DNA of 59,661 nucleotides, taken from NCBI GenBank assembly GCA_046155535.1, contig JBJXFN010000032.1, positions 1-59,661 on the forward strand, written 5' to 3'. The position numbers were made by a program, and so were the translations under genes. The notes beneath the pieces were generated by a model. The model saw only the letters and a program-made list of their open reading frames with translations, did not search any database and was not told where the DNA came from. The DNA is from Burkholderiales bacterium (GTDB lineage Bacteria; Pseudomonadota; Gammaproteobacteria; Burkholderiales; JACQAP01). This document shows positions 1-7,901 of the stretch, one piece after another (the stretch's first letter is position 1; each line of letters opens with the position of its first letter).

Positions 1-126
1 CACTCCAAATATCGACTAGGTTTGTCGGACTATTCCAACTTGACCGATTGGTTACGAAAGGTGCACGGGAGGTAGCAGCGTGATAGCAGCTCAGCCTAAC
101 CACGCCTCGATTTGACCTACACCAGC

Positions 127-1260
127 TCAAGAATAATTGGGATGGGAAGCGCCGTATATATTCATGAACCGCCGATCGATCCAGTCCTTCCAGCGCCACA
201 CCCATTTCCCCTGAACCGCGAAATTGCCGCGTGATGCAATGGCGTGGCGGTCACCAGTGCTGATGAGCGCCAGTGACTCCGGCTGGGGAATCCAGTGCCG
301 CAAGGGTTGGGAGAGCAAGGCGCGGCGGAGATTTTCCGCGAGCGGCGGACCGGCGCGCACGGCGTAGACCCCGGACTTTGGGCGGGGATGATCGCGAACC
401 GTGGCGATGTCTCCGGCCGCGAAGACCTGCGGATGCGAAGTGGATTGCAGGTATTCGTTGACGAGGATGAAACCCCGATCGTCGGTGGCGAGGCCGGCGG
501 AGCGCGGCCACATCGGTGCCGAAGTGCCAGTAGCCCAGACGATCAGATCCGCTGCTATGGTCCGGCCGCCCCGGATTCTGAGCAGGCCGGATTCCACTTG
601 TTCCACCTTGCAACTGGTTTCGATGGTGATACCGCGTTGCCGGAGAATCCGGTCGAACATGCCGCGGACGGTGGCATTGTGCGCGGGCAGAATCTCCGGC
701 GCGTCGCCGACCAGGACAAATCGGGCGCGGTGATTGGGCGCCAGATGCTCTAACCGGTATTGCATCGCAAGCAACACTTCGACGCCGGCCGCACCGGCGC
801 CTGCCACGACAATACGTTCCGGACCCTCACCGCGAGACGCGCTTGCACACAAAGCTTCCCAGCGGGCAATGAATGTTTCCACCGGCTTGACCGGTAATGC
901 GTGCGCGAATGCGCCCGGGATATCGAACACTGCCGGGCGCCCACCGGTATCGACGGACACGACATCGAAGCACAGTGCACGACCGCTTTCGCAAAACACC
1001 AGACCGGCGTCCAGGTGCAAACCATTGCAGCGGGTCACGATCAGATTGCAGCGTACCTGACGAGACAAGGCGGCGAGATCGATATGGCATTGGGCCCGCG
1101 AATAGTGCCCGGCAATCCAGCCCGGCAACATGCCGGAATAAGCGGCCTCCTTGCCGGGATCGATCAGGGTGAGCTCGACATCGGGCAGCGGATCGATGGC
1201 AAACCGCCGCAGCACTTCCACATGGCTATGGCCGCCACCGATCAGGATCAGTCGTTTCAT
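127..1260 (-). CDS. FAD-dependent pyridine nucleotide-disulfide oxidoreductase (resembles the N-terminal domain fused to SelD, TIGR03169-like)
   Basis: LILIGGGHSH and VVAGAGAAGVE Rossmann motifs, YSGMLPG, VFAAGD, KSGVYAVR, WKDWIDRRFM C-terminus; start MKRL at 1260 (alternative ATG at 1275). Confidence 0.85.
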   Translation of the reverse strand: MKRLILIGGGHSHVEVLRRFAIDPLPDVELTLIDPGKEAAYSGMLPGWIAGHYSRAQCHIDLAALSRQVRCNLIVTRCNGLHLDAGLVFCESGRALCFDVVSVDTGGRPAVFDIPGAFAHALPVKPVETFIARWEALCASASRGEGPERIVVAGAGAAGVEVLLAMQYRLEHLAPNHRARFVLVGDAPEILPAHNATVRGMFDRILRQRGITIETSCKVEQVESGLLRIRGGRTIAADLIVWATGTSAPMWPRSAGLATDDRGFILVNEYLQSTSHPQVFAAGDIATVRDHPRPKSGVYAVRAGPPLAENLRRALLSQPLRHWIPQPESLALISTGDRHAIASRGNFAVQGKWVWRWKDWIDRRFMNIYGASHPNYS

Positions 1261-1495
1261 TTCAGGAAAACCCATTTGCCACAGAGAACACAGAGGACGC
1301 AGAGAAAATCCGCAAGAAAAATCCAGTGAAACATTTCAATTGTCCGATGCGAAGGCAGTGGCAGATTGTTTGATACTTTTCATTGTGTCCGTGACCAACC
1401 TCAATCAGGATCAGTTTTTTCTTTTCAGGAAAACCCAGCTGCCACAGAGAACACAGAGAAAATTCGCAAGACAAATTCGGCGAAAATTCTCAATT
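1222..1495. repeat. Degenerate direct duplication (1222-1341 vs 1385-1495) of the oxidoreductase 5' end plus the adjacent repeat arm
   Basis: atcaggatcagt..ttcaggaaaaccca..tgccacagagaacacagag..aaaat.cgcaaga occurs twice; second copy translates GFPEKKKLILIEVGHGH vs GFPEMKRLILIGGGHSH and lacks one 9-nt unit. Confidence 0.85.
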
Positions 1496-1562
1496 CCCTT
1501 GCTTGTAAGCATAGACAGAACAATGGACTTTTCTCTGTGTTCTCTGTGACCTCTGTGGCAAA
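1275..1562. repeat. Intergenic inverted-repeat element A (arms of 3x 9-nt ACAGAG-type units)
   Basis: left tttgccacagagaacacagaggacgcagagaaaa (1275-1308); right ttttctctgtgttctctgtgacctctgtggcaaa (1529-1562). Confidence 0.9.
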
Positions 1563-1574
1563 AATTCTTTTAGT

Positions 1575-2303
1575 TCATTTCGGAGCATCGCCGGTAAGAA
1601 AGCGAATATCCCCGTACCACGCCACGACGGACTCACCGGTGTTGTCGGTATCGGTGGCGATGGCAATACCGGATATCGGCGGAGGGTCCTCTCCGAATGC
1701 CGCGCGAAAATCCTCCCGCACATTGCGCTGCAATTCCACCCAGCGGCCGACATTGGCGGCGCCGCTCTCGGCGACAATCACGCGCACCCGGTCGGTGTAG
1801 GCACTCCACATCGAGGTGTCGCGAGCAAGCCGCGCGTCCCAGACGTAACACAGCGCGGCCACCGGAATGTCCGCGCCGTACAACGCGCGGCCCATCTGGA
1901 TTTTCGTGCGGGTGCCGAATGACAACTTCCGGATATCGTAGTCGAACAGCACATAAATCCGGGCCGGGAAGTCGTCCCTGTCCTTGCTGGTCGGGTCGGA
2001 CTTATCCACCAGATTGTCAATTTTCCAGCGCCAGTTGATGACTGGCAGCACGTTCGGATCGATTTTCAGCGCATGGGTGAGGCTGGCCATCGAAGCGTTG
2101 GCTTCGGCTCGCAGAACCGTGATGCCCGCATCCTCGACAAGGGAGTAGCGGGTGTGCTTCTTGACTTTGGGCACGGCGGAAAAGCGCCACGGAGCAGGCA
2201 ACACCTCACCCGGGCTTGCAGTCGAGAAGGGCACGGGTCCGGTTTCTTCCGCTTTTGCTTGAAACGCGAGGCAAGTCAGCAGCACTGCTAGCGCGCGTTT
2301 CAT
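1575..2303 (-). CDS. DUF3047 family exported protein
   Basis: Signal peptide MKRALAVLLTCLAFQAKA; WRWKI, DDFPARIYVLF, LCYVW, IATDTDNTGE..AWYGDI motifs; ATGA overlap with upstream gene. Confidence 0.85.
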   Translation of the reverse strand: MKRALAVLLTCLAFQAKAEETGPVPFSTASPGEVLPAPWRFSAVPKVKKHTRYSLVEDAGITVLRAEANASMASLTHALKIDPNVLPVINWRWKIDNLVDKSDPTSKDRDDFPARIYVLFDYDIRKLSFGTRTKIQMGRALYGADIPVAALCYVWDARLARDTSMWSAYTDRVRVIVAESGAANVGRWVELQRNVREDFRAAFGEDPPPISGIAIATDTDNTGESVVAWYGDIRFLTGDAPK

Positions 2304-2950
2304 GGTTCGCCGCCGGGGTCCAGCGCGGGGACCCAGCCCTCCCGAACCAAGCGTTCGTAATCTTCCGGCCGGTCGAGGTCCCAGCGAACGGGCAGCTCGT
2401 GCCATCGCCACCCCAGGTTGCGCAGTCGCTGGCGCGTTTCCTCCATGACCTGGCCGGTGCCCCAGGGCATGGCGTCGAACAGGGCCGGCATGGCGTGGTG
2501 TACGCCCACGAGGCAATAGCCGCCGTCTTCCACCGGGCAAAACACGGCGTCGTTTCCCTCTTTCAGCATCGTTACGGCAGTACGCAAATCCGCGGTGTCC
2601 AGCGCGGGGCAATCGGTCCCGATCAGCAGCACCCGGCTTGCGCGGGTCAGCGCATCCGCAATCGCGCCCCGCATGCGCGCGCCGAGATCTCCATCGCACT
2701 GTGTGTGCAGGGTGGTGCCGAACCGGGTCTGGCTGGCGGCAAAGAATTCGTGGTGCACATCCGGCGCGCACCACAGTTCCAGCGGGCCGACCGCGGCGTC
2801 GCGTGCCATCGCAAGCGTGTGATCGGCCAGGTTCCGATACAGCGCGGCGGCACCGTGTTCGCCGAGCAGTGGAATCAGACGGGTCTTGACCCGGCCCGTC
2901 ACCGGCGCCCGGGCGAACAGCAGCACAGAGGAGTCGGCCTTATTTGCCAT
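2300..2950 (-). CDS. TIGR04282/DUF2064 family glycosyltransferase-like protein (rSAM/selenodomain-associated transferase 1)
   Basis: LLFARAP..GRVKTRL, Q.DGDLGARM, LIGTDCP, P.EDGGY.LVG, DLDRPED. Confidence 0.9.
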   Translation of the reverse strand: MANKADSSVLLFARAPVTGRVKTRLIPLLGEHGAAALYRNLADHTLAMARDAAVGPLELWCAPDVHHEFFAASQTRFGTTLHTQCDGDLGARMRGAIADALTRASRVLLIGTDCPALDTADLRTAVTMLKEGNDAVFCPVEDGGYCLVGVHHAMPALFDAMPWGTGQVMEETRQRLRNLGWRWHELPVRWDLDRPEDYERLVREGWVPALDPGGEP

Positions 2951-3638
2951 GGTAACGGCGGGCGAGTTGCGTCGGCGCGGCACCAAGAAAATAACGCAAG
3001 CGCAGGGACCACATGAAAAAGATGGTTCGCCAGATGCCGTCGCGTTCCCAACGCCGCGAGGAAGTGATCACGGTCTCGTGCAGGCAAAGTGGCGGCCCCA
3101 GCCGTTTGAGCCGACGGGAAAGTTCGATATCTTCCATCAACGCGATGTCGGCGAATCCGCCAACGGATTCGAATGCCCTGCGCTCGACAAAAATTGCCTG
3201 ATCGCCGGTCGCGATGCCGGTGAGTCGCGACCGCAGGTTCATCAAGGATTCGACACAACGCAGCATTCGCGCGCGGCCGGACAGACGCACATCGAATCGG
3301 CCCCAATGCCGTTGACTCTTCGAAAGCCCTTCGATGATGAAACGCTCGGCCTGTGGCGGAAGCTCGGTATCCGCGTGCAGGAACAGCAGAATATCCGCGC
3401 GTGCCTCTGCGGCGCCGGCATTCATCTGCGCCGCACGGCCGGGTGTGGGAGATTCGATCACCTGATCCACCAGGCCGGATGCCGCCTCGACTGTTCCGTC
3501 CCGACTTCCACCATCGGACAGGATGACTTCCACGCCGCGACGGCGCAGGGGCTGAAGTGCGGTGAGAAAGGCGACTATTCCTTCCGCCTCGTTCAGGGTC
3601 GGGACAACAACCGAGAGTCGATGCGACACCCGACTCAT
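2940..3638 (-). CDS. TIGR04283 family GT2 glycosyltransferase (rSAM/selenodomain-associated transferase 2)
   Basis: SVVVPTLNE, DGGS.DGT, GRAAQMNAGA, FLHADT, TGDQAIF, LMEDIE, TSSRRW; ATGA overlap with DUF547 stop. Confidence 0.9.
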   Translation of the reverse strand: MSRVSHRLSVVVPTLNEAEGIVAFLTALQPLRRRGVEVILSDGGSRDGTVEAASGLVDQVIESPTPGRAAQMNAGAAEARADILLFLHADTELPPQAERFIIEGLSKSQRHWGRFDVRLSGRARMLRCVESLMNLRSRLTGIATGDQAIFVERRAFESVGGFADIALMEDIELSRRLKRLGPPLCLHETVITSSRRWERDGIWRTIFFMWSLRLRYFLGAAPTQLARRYHGK

Positions 3639-4471
3639 CTTTTGTCGTTCAAGGACCAGTCGTAATCGAGAAACGTCAGTTTTACTTTCCTGTCGCGGAT
3701 GGACTGGCGGGCCGAGGTATCCGAAGCCAGGCGTTCGGCATACTTTGCCAGCCAGGCGGCTTCGGAACCGGCCTTGCCCGCGAAGTCCTTGCCGTACCAG
3801 TCGAAGATTTTCGAGATTTCCAGTTTTCCGGACTGGGGATTGAAGCGGTTGCGCGAGGCGTCGGAGAGAAACCGCTCGACGCCGTCCTCCAGTTGGGCAT
3901 CGAGTTTCCCGGCGACAAAGGCCTCGTTTCGCAAGGCCGGGCAACCGACCGAGGCGCAATTGACCGCCATGTGGATGCGCGGCTCGTCGAACACGCCGGC
4001 CGCGCGGATCATGCCCTGCTCGATGTCATCCAGATGCCGGGACTTGCCGAACAGGGTGAAGAAATTCTTCTTCCAGGGGCTGCGGGTCAGTGAGCCGAGG
4101 TCCTTGATGGATTTGAGCTTCGGATATCCTGTGAGGATCAGTTCCACCGTGAAGGCGTTGTAGGCATTGATCAAGAAGGCGAGCTGCTGCGGTTTGCTCC
4201 AGCCATCGTATTCCGCCTGGGTCACGGCGGAGAGTTGCGCCAGATAGGTTTTCAGCGCGGCATGGTCCGCCTGAAACCCCCGGTAATCCGACTGCGACGC
4301 ATTGCCCCCGGGAAGCCACACGACGTGCTTCTTCGCCAGCGTATCCCACTGCGCATGGGAATGGTCAAACGCCGCCTCGGCCGCGGGCGTGAACAGCCAA
4401 ACAAGACTCGACGCAAAGACGCAAAGGCGCAAAGAAAAGCGTGTAAAAAATTTTATCGGATCGTCAGTCAT
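3635..4471 (-). CDS. DUF547 domain exported protein
   Basis: LAFLINAYNA, LDDIE, EPRIHMAVNCASVGCP.L, SKIFDWY..DF, YDWSLN; start codon uncertain. Confidence 0.85.
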   Translation of the reverse strand: MTDDPIKFFTRFSLRLCVFASSLVWLFTPAAEAAFDHSHAQWDTLAKKHVVWLPGGNASQSDYRGFQADHAALKTYLAQLSAVTQAEYDGWSKPQQLAFLINAYNAFTVELILTGYPKLKSIKDLGSLTRSPWKKNFFTLFGKSRHLDDIEQGMIRAAGVFDEPRIHMAVNCASVGCPALRNEAFVAGKLDAQLEDGVERFLSDASRNRFNPQSGKLEISKIFDWYGKDFAGKAGSEAAWLAKYAERLASDTSARQSIRDRKVKLTFLDYDWSLNDKR

Positions 4472-4634
4472 TGCACGGTACTTTCTCTCAGAGGTATTTG
4501 GGTCAGGGAAGCCTTCATTGCAATTCATATCCATTGTTCATTCGTGTTCGACTTGACTCGCGGATAGTGAGTGTGCAATTCGAATCTTCATTATTTCCTG
4601 TCTTTCCTTTGCGTCTTTGCGCCATTGCGTCAAG
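4407..4634. repeat. Inverted-repeat element B (arms of 3x 8-nt CGCAAAG-type units), overlapping the DUF547 5' end
   Basis: left ctcgacgcaaagacgcaaaggcgcaaagaaaag (4407-4439); right ctttcctttgcgtctttgcgccattgcgtcaag (4602-4634). Confidence 0.9.
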
Positions 4635-4650
4635 GAAATTAATCGAGTTA

Positions 4651-6789
4651 TCAACCGCGCATCCAGGAGTGGTAGCGCGCTACCCACGCCAATAGTTTCT
4701 GCGGCGCATGGGCGCGCTTCCAGTTGCCGGCCACATATTTGTTGGCTTCCGCCAGCGTCGGGTAGATATGGATGGTGCCGAGTATCTTGTTCAGTCCGAT
4801 GCCATGGCGCATGGCGGCAACGTATTCGGCAATGAGATCCCCGGCATGTTCCCCGGCGATGGTCACGCCCAGAATCTTGTCCTTTCCCGGCACCGTCAAC
4901 ACCTTGATCAGGCCATGGGCTTCCGAGTCCGCAATGGCCCGGTCGAGATCGTCCAGTCCGTAGGTGGTGACTTCGAAGGGAATGTTCTTTTCCCGGGCTT
5001 CGGTTTCATTCAGGCCCACGCGTGCCACTTCCGGTTCGGTGAACGTGGCCCAGGGAATCACGGAATAGTCGGCACGGAATTTCCGGAAGCGGCCAAAGAG
5101 CGCATTCACCGCGGCATACCAGGCCTGGTGGGCAGCGGTGTGGGTGAACTGGTAAGGCCCGGCGACGTCGCCACAGGCGTAGATGTTTGGGTAAAGAGTT
5201 TGCAGAAATTCGTTGGTTTCCACGGTGCGTTGCCGGGTCGTCGGGATGCCAAGCTCTTCGAGGCCGTATCCCTTGGTGTTGGCGACGCGGCCTACCGCGA
5301 CCAGCACTTCGTCGAAGGGCACGCGGATGTCCTGCCCTTGATGTTCACAGATCAGCATTTTCTCGCCGTTTTCGACCAGAAATTGTTTGGCCTTGTGTTC
5401 GAGTTTGACGTCCACGCCTTCCGCGCGGAACTTTGCCAGCACCATCTGCGAAATCTCCGGGTCTTCGCGGATCATGATTCGCGGCAGCATCTCGACCTGG
5501 GTGACTTTCGATCCGAAGCGGGCAAAGGTTTGGGTCAATTCGCAGCCGATCGGTCCGCCACCCAGCACCACCAGACGGGCCGGCAGCTTGCGCAGATTCC
5601 AGACCGTGTCGGAAGTCAGGTAGCCGATCTGCTCGAGACCGGGAATGGGCGGCACAAAGGGACGGGCACCGGCGGCAATGATGATGGAGCAGGTGGTGAG
5701 CGTCTGATCGCCAATTTTGACTGCCCAGGGTGAAACGATTTTTGCCTCGCCCTGGATGCACTCCACGCCCAGGCGGGCATAACGCTCCACGGAATCGTGC
5801 GGCTCGACCTCCCGGACCACGCGCTGCACGCGTTCCATGACGTCCGCAAAGTCGTAATCGGCTCTGGCCTCGCGGATGCCGAACTCCGCCGAGCGTTTCA
5901 AGTGGGAGAGAAACTTCGCCGACCGGATGAGCGCCTTCGAGGGGACACAGCCGGTATTGAGGCAATCTCCCCCCATGCGGTGTTTTTCGATCAGCGTGAC
6001 TTTGGCTTTGACTGCGGCGGCAATGTACGCCGACACCAGGCCTGCCGAGCCGGCGCCGATCACCACGATATTGCGGTCAAACCGGCGCGGCCGGGGAAAG
6101 CGGGCGTACACCTTGCGTGCCTTGATCATGTCGATGATCTTTTTGGCGATCAGCGGAAATAGCCCCAGCAGCGTGAACGAGGCAATCAGCATGGGGGAGA
6201 GAATCCCCGACGCCGAATCGATCCGGGCAATCTGGGTGCCCGCATTCACGTAGACGATGGTGCCCGCCAGCATGCCAAGCTGGCTGACCCAGTAAAACGT
6301 GGCGGTGCGCAGCGGCGTCAGGCCCATTGCCAGGTTGATCACAAAAAACGGAAAGGCCGGGACGAGCCTCAAGGTGAAAAGGTAAAACGCGCCTTCTTTT
6401 TCGATGCCGGCATTCAGGGCGCGCAGCTTGTCGCCGAATTTCGCCTGCACGGAATCTCGCAGCACGAATCGCGAAACCAGAAACGCCAGGGTCGCACCGA
6501 TGCTGGAGGCGAACGAGACAATTATGGCTCCCCACAGCAACCCGAAAATCGCACCGGCAGCAAGCGTCAGGATGGCGGCGCCGGGCAGCGACAGGCCGGT
6601 GACCGCGACATAGGCCAGGAAAAACATGGCCGCTGTTGCAAGCGGATGCGCAGCGAATTGCGCATCCATCTCGCCTTGCCGGGATTTCAGGTAAGCAAGA
6701 TCGAAAAATCGTTCGAGGTCGAAGGCAAAAAAAGCCACAGCCAGCGCGGCAATGGCAAACAACAGCAATAACCGTCCTTTGGTAAACAA
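4651..6789 (-). CDS. VTT/TVP38 (DedA-like) membrane domain fused to a class I pyridine nucleotide-disulfide oxidoreductase (LpdA/MerA-like)
   Basis: N-terminal SLPGA, LRLVP.FPFFVIN; then VIGAGSAG, GGDCLNTGCVPSK, LGGGPIGCE, HIYPTLAE; probable TTG start at 6789 after GGAGGA. Confidence 0.88.
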   Translation of the reverse strand: MFTKGRLLLLFAIAALAVAFFAFDLERFFDLAYLKSRQGEMDAQFAAHPLATAAMFFLAYVAVTGLSLPGAAILTLAAGAIFGLLWGAIIVSFASSIGATLAFLVSRFVLRDSVQAKFGDKLRALNAGIEKEGAFYLFTLRLVPAFPFFVINLAMGLTPLRTATFYWVSQLGMLAGTIVYVNAGTQIARIDSASGILSPMLIASFTLLGLFPLIAKKIIDMIKARKVYARFPRPRRFDRNIVVIGAGSAGLVSAYIAAAVKAKVTLIEKHRMGGDCLNTGCVPSKALIRSAKFLSHLKRSAEFGIREARADYDFADVMERVQRVVREVEPHDSVERYARLGVECIQGEAKIVSPWAVKIGDQTLTTCSIIIAAGARPFVPPIPGLEQIGYLTSDTVWNLRKLPARLVVLGGGPIGCELTQTFARFGSKVTQVEMLPRIMIREDPEISQMVLAKFRAEGVDVKLEHKAKQFLVENGEKMLICEHQGQDIRVPFDEVLVAVGRVANTKGYGLEELGIPTTRQRTVETNEFLQTLYPNIYACGDVAGPYQFTHTAAHQAWYAAVNALFGRFRKFRADYSVIPWATFTEPEVARVGLNETEAREKNIPFEVTTYGLDDLDRAIADSEAHGLIKVLTVPGKDKILGVTIAGEHAGDLIAEYVAAMRHGIGLNKILGTIHIYPTLAEANKYVAGNWKRAHAPQKLLAWVARYHSWMRG

Positions 6790-6824
6790 GAGTCCTCCCG
6801 GGATATTTTCAGGTTTGTTTAAAT

Positions 6825-7772
6825 CTATACCGCGATGCGCGCCTGCGGAACGGAAAATCGTGGGCCGTAATCGATGCGTTCGTGGTACGAGAGATGGGCG
6901 TCGGATCCCGCGGGCCAATTACCCAGAAAACGTTTCATCCATGCCACGTGATCGTAGTCGAGCCGGACGGCGTCCACGTGTGCGCCGTCGATCACGTCGC
7001 CGTAGAGCGCGGCACCCGCAGGCGCAGGGGTCAGGCCGATGCGTGTCACCAGTCCGTATCGGGTTCCCGCGAAATTCGGCATTCCGGCAGCCCCGTTGTT
7101 GACGACCGCCATGCGACGGCCCGCCACGAGAAATGACTTCCATACAGGCAGGCAGGTGTGGCTGCTGGCGAATACCTGCACCCCCGCCTGTTCGAACCAG
7201 CGTGCGCAGCGATCCGCCGAGTCGTGATCAGACAAGGCGCCATGGGAGAATTGCCACCCGGCCAGCGATTCCGCGTCGCCATGCACGATGCCCACGCGCA
7301 ACCGCCCGACTTGCGCCACCGCATACATCGGAAGGGAATCCAGGACCGCGCGCGCGTGCGGGAAGGCACGGGCGGTTTCGCGCAGCGTGGCGATGATCCG
7401 GTTGGAGCGCTCGACTTCGCCATCATTTACATCGTCCGGATAGGCGCAACCGCAGCCCGCCGGATCGTCTTCGCCGGCCAGTTCGGTTTCCACGTTGCCG
7501 CGCAGGGCGATGTGGGACAGCGCCGCATCATTGACGAGAGAAAATGACGCCGGATCGATATCGAACCAATGGAAATCGCCATTGAACACGACCATCGGCC
7601 GGTCTGACTCCTGATCGAGCAGCCGGTTCAACGCGTTCAGCGCTTCGACGTTGCCATACAAACCCCCGACGACATAAATCACATTGGCTGATATGGCGTC
7701 GAGCGAGCGCAATGCCCGTGGCGTATAACGATAATGCAGGGGGCAATGGCGACCGGGAGCATTCTGGTTCAT
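6825..7772 (-). CDS. Metallophosphoesterase-like conserved protein
   Basis: GGLYGN, NGDFHWFD, LRGNVE, VHGD, SSHT, NNG match degenerate calcineurin-like motifs; also GCGCAYP. Confidence 0.65.
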   Translation of the reverse strand: MNQNAPGRHCPLHYRYTPRALRSLDAISANVIYVVGGLYGNVEALNALNRLLDQESDRPMVVFNGDFHWFDIDPASFSLVNDAALSHIALRGNVETELAGEDDPAGCGCAYPDDVNDGEVERSNRIIATLRETARAFPHARAVLDSLPMYAVAQVGRLRVGIVHGDAESLAGWQFSHGALSDHDSADRCARWFEQAGVQVFASSHTCLPVWKSFLVAGRRMAVVNNGAAGMPNFAGTRYGLVTRIGLTPAPAGAALYGDVIDGAHVDAVRLDYDHVAWMKRFLGNWPAGSDAHLSYHERIDYGPRFSVPQARIAV

Positions 7773-7901
7773 GGAGTCGGTGCGAACTTGTTACGGAAAC
7801 AGGAATTCAAACACAATGTAGCCCAATACGTTGCGGGAAGGGGAACTGGATGCGCAGTGCAAAGAGTCCGGGGGTTGCCCCACAGCGGGGATGAAGGTTC
7901 C

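Noticed and set aside
1-126. Possible 3' end of a + strand gene (..LSDYSNLTDWLRKVHGR*) followed by GCCTAAC resembling half an attC site
   Set aside because: Only 24 codons are visible; no complementary GTTAGGC end and no integrase
127-1260. Selenide, water dikinase selD
   Set aside because: Only the flavoprotein domain is present; there is no SelD catalytic domain after it
1575-2774. Long N-terminal extensions in the ORF track (also 2940-3959, 15391, 25753, 31859, 39317-40804)
   Set aside because: They overlap neighbouring genes; downstream starts with RBS or ATGA coupling fit the family N-termini
4651-6789. Mercuric reductase merA
   Set aside because: No C-terminal Cys pair, no NmerA domain and no merR/T/P
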